A DNA stretch of 64,000 nt, from the NCBI GenBank assembly GCA_951406725.2, contig OX597815.1:181350001-181414000 (forward strand). Reading direction: 5' to 3'. Shown here one piece after another: positions 58,464 through 64,000 of this stretch. The notes under the pieces are model-generated. The model did no database searches and was not told where the DNA came from. It saw only the letters and a list, made by a program, of their open reading frames with translations. Position 1 is the stretch's first letter; each line of letters starts with the position of its first letter. Made by a program: the position numbers and the translations under genes. This stretch comes from Octopus vulgaris. Its lineage: Eukaryota.

Positions 58464-59111
58464 GATATAAACATAAGTGGTTATATGCATCATAAGGCCA
58501 TATGAGAGGTTCTCTCATTCTAAATAACGCAGAATTCTGTGTTTCTGATACAACATCCACTTTAGGGGGGATAAAGACTACCTTTAAAAATACATATATT
58601 TCAATGATAAAAGAAAGAAAAGTCAGGTTAGCAACTACGAGGGAGATAATCATTCCCCCTGTATTAATTACAGACGCAGGTATGATTGCATGGTTAAGTT
58701 CACTTCGCATCCGTAAAGCTTCGGGTATCCCAATTTGCAGTGCCTCGGGCAGGTGTGTTAATAATTGATTCGGTTCAACCAGTACGTGCTAAGTGAAATT
58801 TGGTAGGCGGAAATAGTAAGGAAGCCTGTTATATGTGGATGTGTGAGCGCTTCAGTTTATTTCCCATAACAATAGTTTGGCAAAGAGAGCTTCTTTTCTG
58901 TTTTTTTTCCTCGTTTCGGTGATTAGACTGAGCCCATGCTGGAGCATTCTTCAATTTTTTAATCGAATGACCCAATCCCAGGATTTTTTTTTTCAAGCCT
59001 GCTGCTCATTCTATCGGTTCTCTTTTGCCGAACAGCTACCCACGGGGTCGTAAACACATCAACACCGGTTGTCAAGCGGTGGTGGTGATCAAATACACAC
59101 ACACTCACACA

Positions 59112-59186
<75 letters not shown>

Positions 59187-59920
59187 ACCAGAATCTTCCT
59201 TCAGTTTCCAAATCTTCTAACAAAGCCTTAGTCGTCTCGAGGCTATGGAGGAAGACCCTCACCTGAGATGCCACGCAGTGGGTTTGAACACGGAAGCGTG
59301 TGGTTGGGAGATGCTACAGGATAGCTGCCATCCAATGATCGAAATTAGTAAAAGACTTTCTGTAATAATAAAATAATAACTCAACAAAATGAAGACAATA
59401 AGTCTAGCAAGAAAAGTTTTTTTTGCGTTCAAAGCAGAAACATTTTCGAAACTCGAATATCGAGAAGTAGACCGTGATTATCGAAGAATTACATAAGAGA
59501 CAGAAGGATTATATTAATAAAATTGATATATATCAGTTTCTTGACCTATACACAGATAAGATCTTCAGTTTCTTCCAAAATGAATCTCGATTCTTATCCT
59601 CCCAAATGGCCATCGCAAGTGTCTGTCGAAAAATACAGAGAAACTTGGCTGCAATTGATATTGTGTTGAAAGGTATCTGATCGCCTAATCTCCTTAATGA
59701 AAACGTCGCTGCGCGATTACAAAGGAAGACAGTTCAAACGTCTACCCCTTAATACAATATAACCCCACCCGTGCTAACAATATCAATATGAACCAACTTG
59801 CTAGAACCAACTTGCTAGAACCAACTTGCTAGAAATAATAATCAAATGTTTGTCAAGCCATGCCATATATTAACTTAAATAGGCGGAGAACTCATTCGGG
59901 CAATACATGCAGTATGCTTG

Positions 59921-60116
<196 letters not shown>

Positions 60117-60121
<5 letters not shown>

Positions 60122-60995
60122 CGCTCAGTCGAAGTCGACTCTCGGTTACTCGATGGATCAATGTTCTCCAGCCAGTTCTATCCTGGGGCGCTTCTTTCAG
60201 ATTGGTTATGGCCATTCCCGTGTCACTCTTAATGGTGTCAAGCCAGCGGGTTCTTGGTCGGCCTCTTCTTCTCTTGCCACTGACCATTCCGAGCATGATG
60301 TCCTTCTCCAGGATTTTTCTCCGCATAATATGAGCAAAATATGTCAATCTATGCTTGGTGATCCTAGCTTCTAGCGACAGTTTCGGCTTGATCTGGTTAA
60401 GAACTTCTCCATTGGTGAGCCTCGCTGTCCATGGAACCCGTAAAAGTCTTCTCCAACACCAAAGCTCAAATGCATTAATTCTCTTCTGGTCAGATTGCTT
60501 TAGTGTCCAGGTCTTGCATCCATATGTTGCTATTGGGAAGACGATGCATTCACCAATCCGCATTTGGTAGCAAGGTTGATGTCTCTACTCTTCCAGACCT
60601 TGCTCATACTGACCATTGCCTCTCTACCTAGTACTATCCGCCGCCTTATTTCTGGAGTGCAGTTACCATCTCGATTTATTTTGGAACCAAGGAAGATGAA
60701 ATCATCAACCACTTCGATCTCTTCATTATCGATCTTGAAGCTGATGTTTGTTGTGGCTGCTGTTGACATGATCTTCGTTTTCTTGACATTGAGGTACACC
60801 CCAAATTTCTCACTCTCTTTCTTGACTAGCAGGATAAGATTCTCTATATCCTTATTATTTTCTGCCTTCAGGATTGTATCATCTGCATACCGAAGGTTAT
60901 TAATATTTCTTCCTCCAATCTTCACTCCAATACTGCTATCCTCCAGTCCTGCATTCCGCATGACCTTTTCAGCGTACACGTTGATAAAAAATGCT
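60117..60995 (-). mobile_element. 5'-truncated RTE-clade LINE (RT C-terminal half)
   Basis: GVKIGGRNINNLRYADDT, FIFLGSKI, INAFELWCWRRLLRVPWTAR and GKRRRGRPRTRWLD, with one frameshift at ~60560. Confidence 0.92.
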
Positions 60996-61156
60996 TGATA
61001 AAAATGGATAAAAAATGGAACGGCCAAGGCTTGAATCTCGAATCAGTCAAAACTCATTTGAATCTAAACAACAGCAAAAACAACAACAACGGCGTCATTA
61101 ACATGATGGTGCGTCTAGCAATTCTACCAAAGTTACTTAAAACGTTTCTTCTAGAT

Positions 61157-61447
61157 CTGTGATTCTCAAACTTTTCAAAAGATTTTATGTACTGGTCCCC
61201 TTACATTTTTCTCGATGATTTGCGGTCCCCTATAAAATGCAGGATAATTAACATGGAAAAACATTATATACATTCGATTAGCGAATGAACATGGAGGAGA
61301 GGCGTGGGGTTTTGAGGTCAACGACAAAAAAGGATGATAGTATTCGAAAAATTGTAAGTCTTGAAATTTTAAGATTTAACTGTCTCAAGCCACCAGTTTT
61401 CGCGATATTTCAGCGTCTCTTCGCGGTCTTCAGTTTGAGAACCACTG
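61157..61447. mobile_element. hAT/Charlie-like MITE
   Basis: TIRs CTGTGATTCTCAAACT and AGTTTGAGAACCACTG, with 8-bp flanks TTCTAGAT and ATCTTGAT. Confidence 0.7.
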
Positions 61448-61589
61448 ATCTTGATCATGAAATCGAAATTCGGATTTAACACGAATATCACTCTAAGCTG
61501 GATTTCACTGGGAATTTATGGTCGAGAATGATTCTTTTCCACGGACCCTACACTTATCTTCACTTCTAAAGCTAGTTGCCGAATAGTTG

Positions 61590-61988
61590 TGCTGCGATCC
61601 TCAAAAATCGCGGCTTCCACTTTATGGATGGTGTCGTCATCAGTAGTGGAATGTGGTCGTCCAGGAATAGGAGCAGTCTCCACCGATGTCCGACCACATT
61701 TGAACTGGCGATATCAATGCTTGACTTCATCACATGATGGTGCATCGTCACCATAAACTTTTTCCCATCTAATCGAAAGTCTCTCGTGGTGTGCGACCTT
61801 TCCAGTATAAGAACCTAATCACTGATCTGCATTCAACTGCCTCCATTCTAACACCGTCCACTTCAGCAGCCGTAAAAGACAAACGAATACAAGTGGAAAG
61901 CTACAATTCACAATGTGACATGTAGAGACATGTATGATTATACCTGTACAGGTGGATCAGGGGAAATTTTAACAGACACCCCTTCTAC
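61590..61988 (-). pseudogene. Mariner 5' end and N-terminal HTH remnant
   Basis: VYGDDAPS..VKH*YRQFKCGRTSVETAPIPGRP. Confidence 0.7.
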
Positions 61989-62622
61989 TTCCCATAACAG
62001 TAGTTTGGCAACGAGAACTTTTCTCTACTTGTTTCAATGATTAGACGGAGACCATGCCTTGAAGAATTTTTCGTCGAATGAATCAATCGCAGTATCTATT
62101 TTTTAAAAAATCTTTTTTAAAAAACCTGATACTTATTCTATCGTTAAAGCGGAATCGTGGAATTTTTTAATGAAAAAGAAAAATATCTCTTTAAAAAATG
62201 TGAATAAAATAAAAAAAAGTATCCAAAGAATATCCTGGTTCAATTATATGAACCTAATTTTAAAAGATGTAATAACTTACGCTGCTTTCGTGTAGTTCTA
62301 AGTATTCAACTAATTTATGTTTCTGAGGATTAACGTTGGATTTAACGAAGATGATACGACGAAGGGATGTTTTTCGTTAAAGCAGAAGTAAATCTGATTA
62401 GAGATTCAAATAACGTGAAAAGAAATAAAAAAGAACTTTTGTAGCTGCCATTGTTGGTGATGATTCTAAAGAACACGATCAAAAAGAGTAGGGGGATCGG
62501 ACCTTGCATGAAGTCAATGGCGATAGAGGTCATGGTGATAATGATAAACTGGGATTTTGTCGGTTGCAACGGTGAGCATCCCGGCTAATCCGATCAAAAG
62601 AACAGCCTGCTCGTAAAAATAC

Positions 62623-62855
62623 ATATTTCTTTACTATCCACAAGGGGCTAAACACAGAGGGAACGAACAAGGACAGACAAACGGATTAAGTCGATTACAT
62701 CGACCCCAGTGCGTAACTGGTGCTTATTTAATTGACCCCGAAAGGATGAAAAGCAAAGTCCACCTCGGCGGAATTTGAACTCAGAACGTAACGGCAGATG
62801 AAATACCGCTAAGCATTTCGCCCGGTGTGCTAACGTTTCTGCCAGCTCGCCGCCC
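62623..62855 (-). mobile_element. SINE family C monomer
   Basis: Reverse complement of family C. Confidence 0.85.
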
Positions 62856-62902
62856 TTATGACTGAAAGATATTAGAATTATCATTAATTATCCTTATCGT
62901 GT

Positions 62903-63160
62903 TGGAGACGCATGGCTTAGTGGTTAGGGTGTTGGACTCATGAGCATAAAATTGCGGTTTCGATTCCTGGACCGGGCGACGAATTGTGTTGTTGAGCAAG
63001 ACACTTCATTTCTGGATGCGTCAGTCCACTCGTCTGGCAAAAAAGAAAATGATAATCCTGAGACAGACCGGCGTCCCGTCCAGATGAGGAATATTGCAGA
63101 ACATTTACCCAAGGGAAACCGGCCTTCATGGTCCTGGCATGGCTAAAGAAGGATGCATTC
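62903..63160 (+). mobile_element. tRNA-derived SINE, family F (related heads at ~17066-17180 plus and ~14500-14610 minus)
   Basis: A-box TGGCTTAGTGG, B-box GGTTTCGATTCC and TTGAGCAAGACACTT. Confidence 0.7.
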
Positions 63161-63201
63161 ATTATTTTTTAATCTTTTATCCTTGTCATGCAGTAAAAGT
63201 G

Positions 63202-63317
63202 CATCATCATCATCATCATCACCATCATCATCATCACCATCATCATCGTCATCGTCATTATCATCATCGTCATTATCGTCATCATCATCATCATCATCGT
63301 CATCGTCATTATCGTCG

Positions 63318-63352
<35 letters not shown>

Positions 63353-63985
63353 GTCATCGTCATTATCGTCATCATCATCATCATCGTCATCGTGATTATC
63401 GTCATCATCATCATCATCATCGTCATCGTCATTATCGTCATCATCGTCATCGTCATTATCGTCGTCATCATCATCATGGTCATCGTCATTATCGTCATCA
63501 TCATCATCATCGTCATCGTCATTATCGTCGTCATCATCATTATCATCATCATCGTCATTATCGTCATCATCATCATCGTCATCGTCATTATCGTCATCAT
63601 CATCATCATCGTCATCGTCATTATCGTCGTTATCATTCATCATCATCATCATCTTCGTCATTATCGTCGTCATCATCATCGTCATCATCATCATTGCCAT
63701 CATCATCATCATTGCCGCCGTCCTTCTCATCATCATCATTGTCATCGTCATCATCATCATCATCATCGTCATCGTCATCATCATCATCATCATTGTCATC
63801 GTCATAATCGTCATCATCATCGTCATCGTCATCATCATCATCATCATTGTCAACGTCATCATCATCATCATCATCATCATCATTATCATCACCATTCTCG
63901 TTCTTGTCGTCATCGTCGTCATCATCATCAACGCGAACGGAATTCCCATCATCATCGTTGTTATCGTCGTCGTCGTCATCGCCGT
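63202..63985. repeat. Degenerate (CAT/CGT)n trinucleotide tract
   Basis: Direct inspection. It yields poly-H/S/D/M pseudo-ORFs in several frames. Confidence 0.95.
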
Positions 63986-64000
63986 GTCGACGTCTTCCAC

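Noticed and set aside
62903-62985. tRNA-like sequences at SINE heads (also 21055, 34317, 54089)
   Set aside because: A and B boxes are present but there is no complete cloverleaf, and each continues into a SINE body.
63094-64000. Long His/Arg-, Ser- and Asp/Met-rich ORFs
   Set aside because: They are translations of a degenerate (CAT)n tract that is open in several frames on both strands, with no splice or codon evidence.

Overview
This is AT-rich, microsatellite-dense eukaryotic intronic or intergenic DNA. It is most likely from an octopus-type cephalopod, which is an inference from the SINE families and the (TA)n/(TACA)n/(GATA)n load, not a database result. No host protein-coding exon can be supported, and most listed ORFs are translations of simple repeats. 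The window is a graveyard of mobile elements: Tx1-, CR1-, RTE- and R4/Dong-like LINE pieces, Penelope-like elements with GIY-YIG domains, piggyBac and several Tc1/mariner remnants, a non-autonomous Helitron, MITEs, and at least four tRNA-derived SINE families. It also holds a near-identical 5.58-kb tandem duplication and a 100-N gap. Four signals stand out. (1) There are many type-I hammerhead ribozyme motifs with palindromic stem III, including a non-coding ~585-nt hammerhead unit present as circularly permuted tandem and inverted copies (retrozyme-like). (2) Two SINE-LINE 3'-tail partnerships are visible within the window: one SINE shares a 41-nt tail with a Tx1 element sitting in a (TATC)n tract, and another shares a covarying stem-loop tail with a CR1-like LINE. 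(3) SINE dimers recur with the same internal junction. (4) One SINE head and body occurs with two different tails. Coordinates were read by eye and element boundaries may be off by a few to tens of bases.
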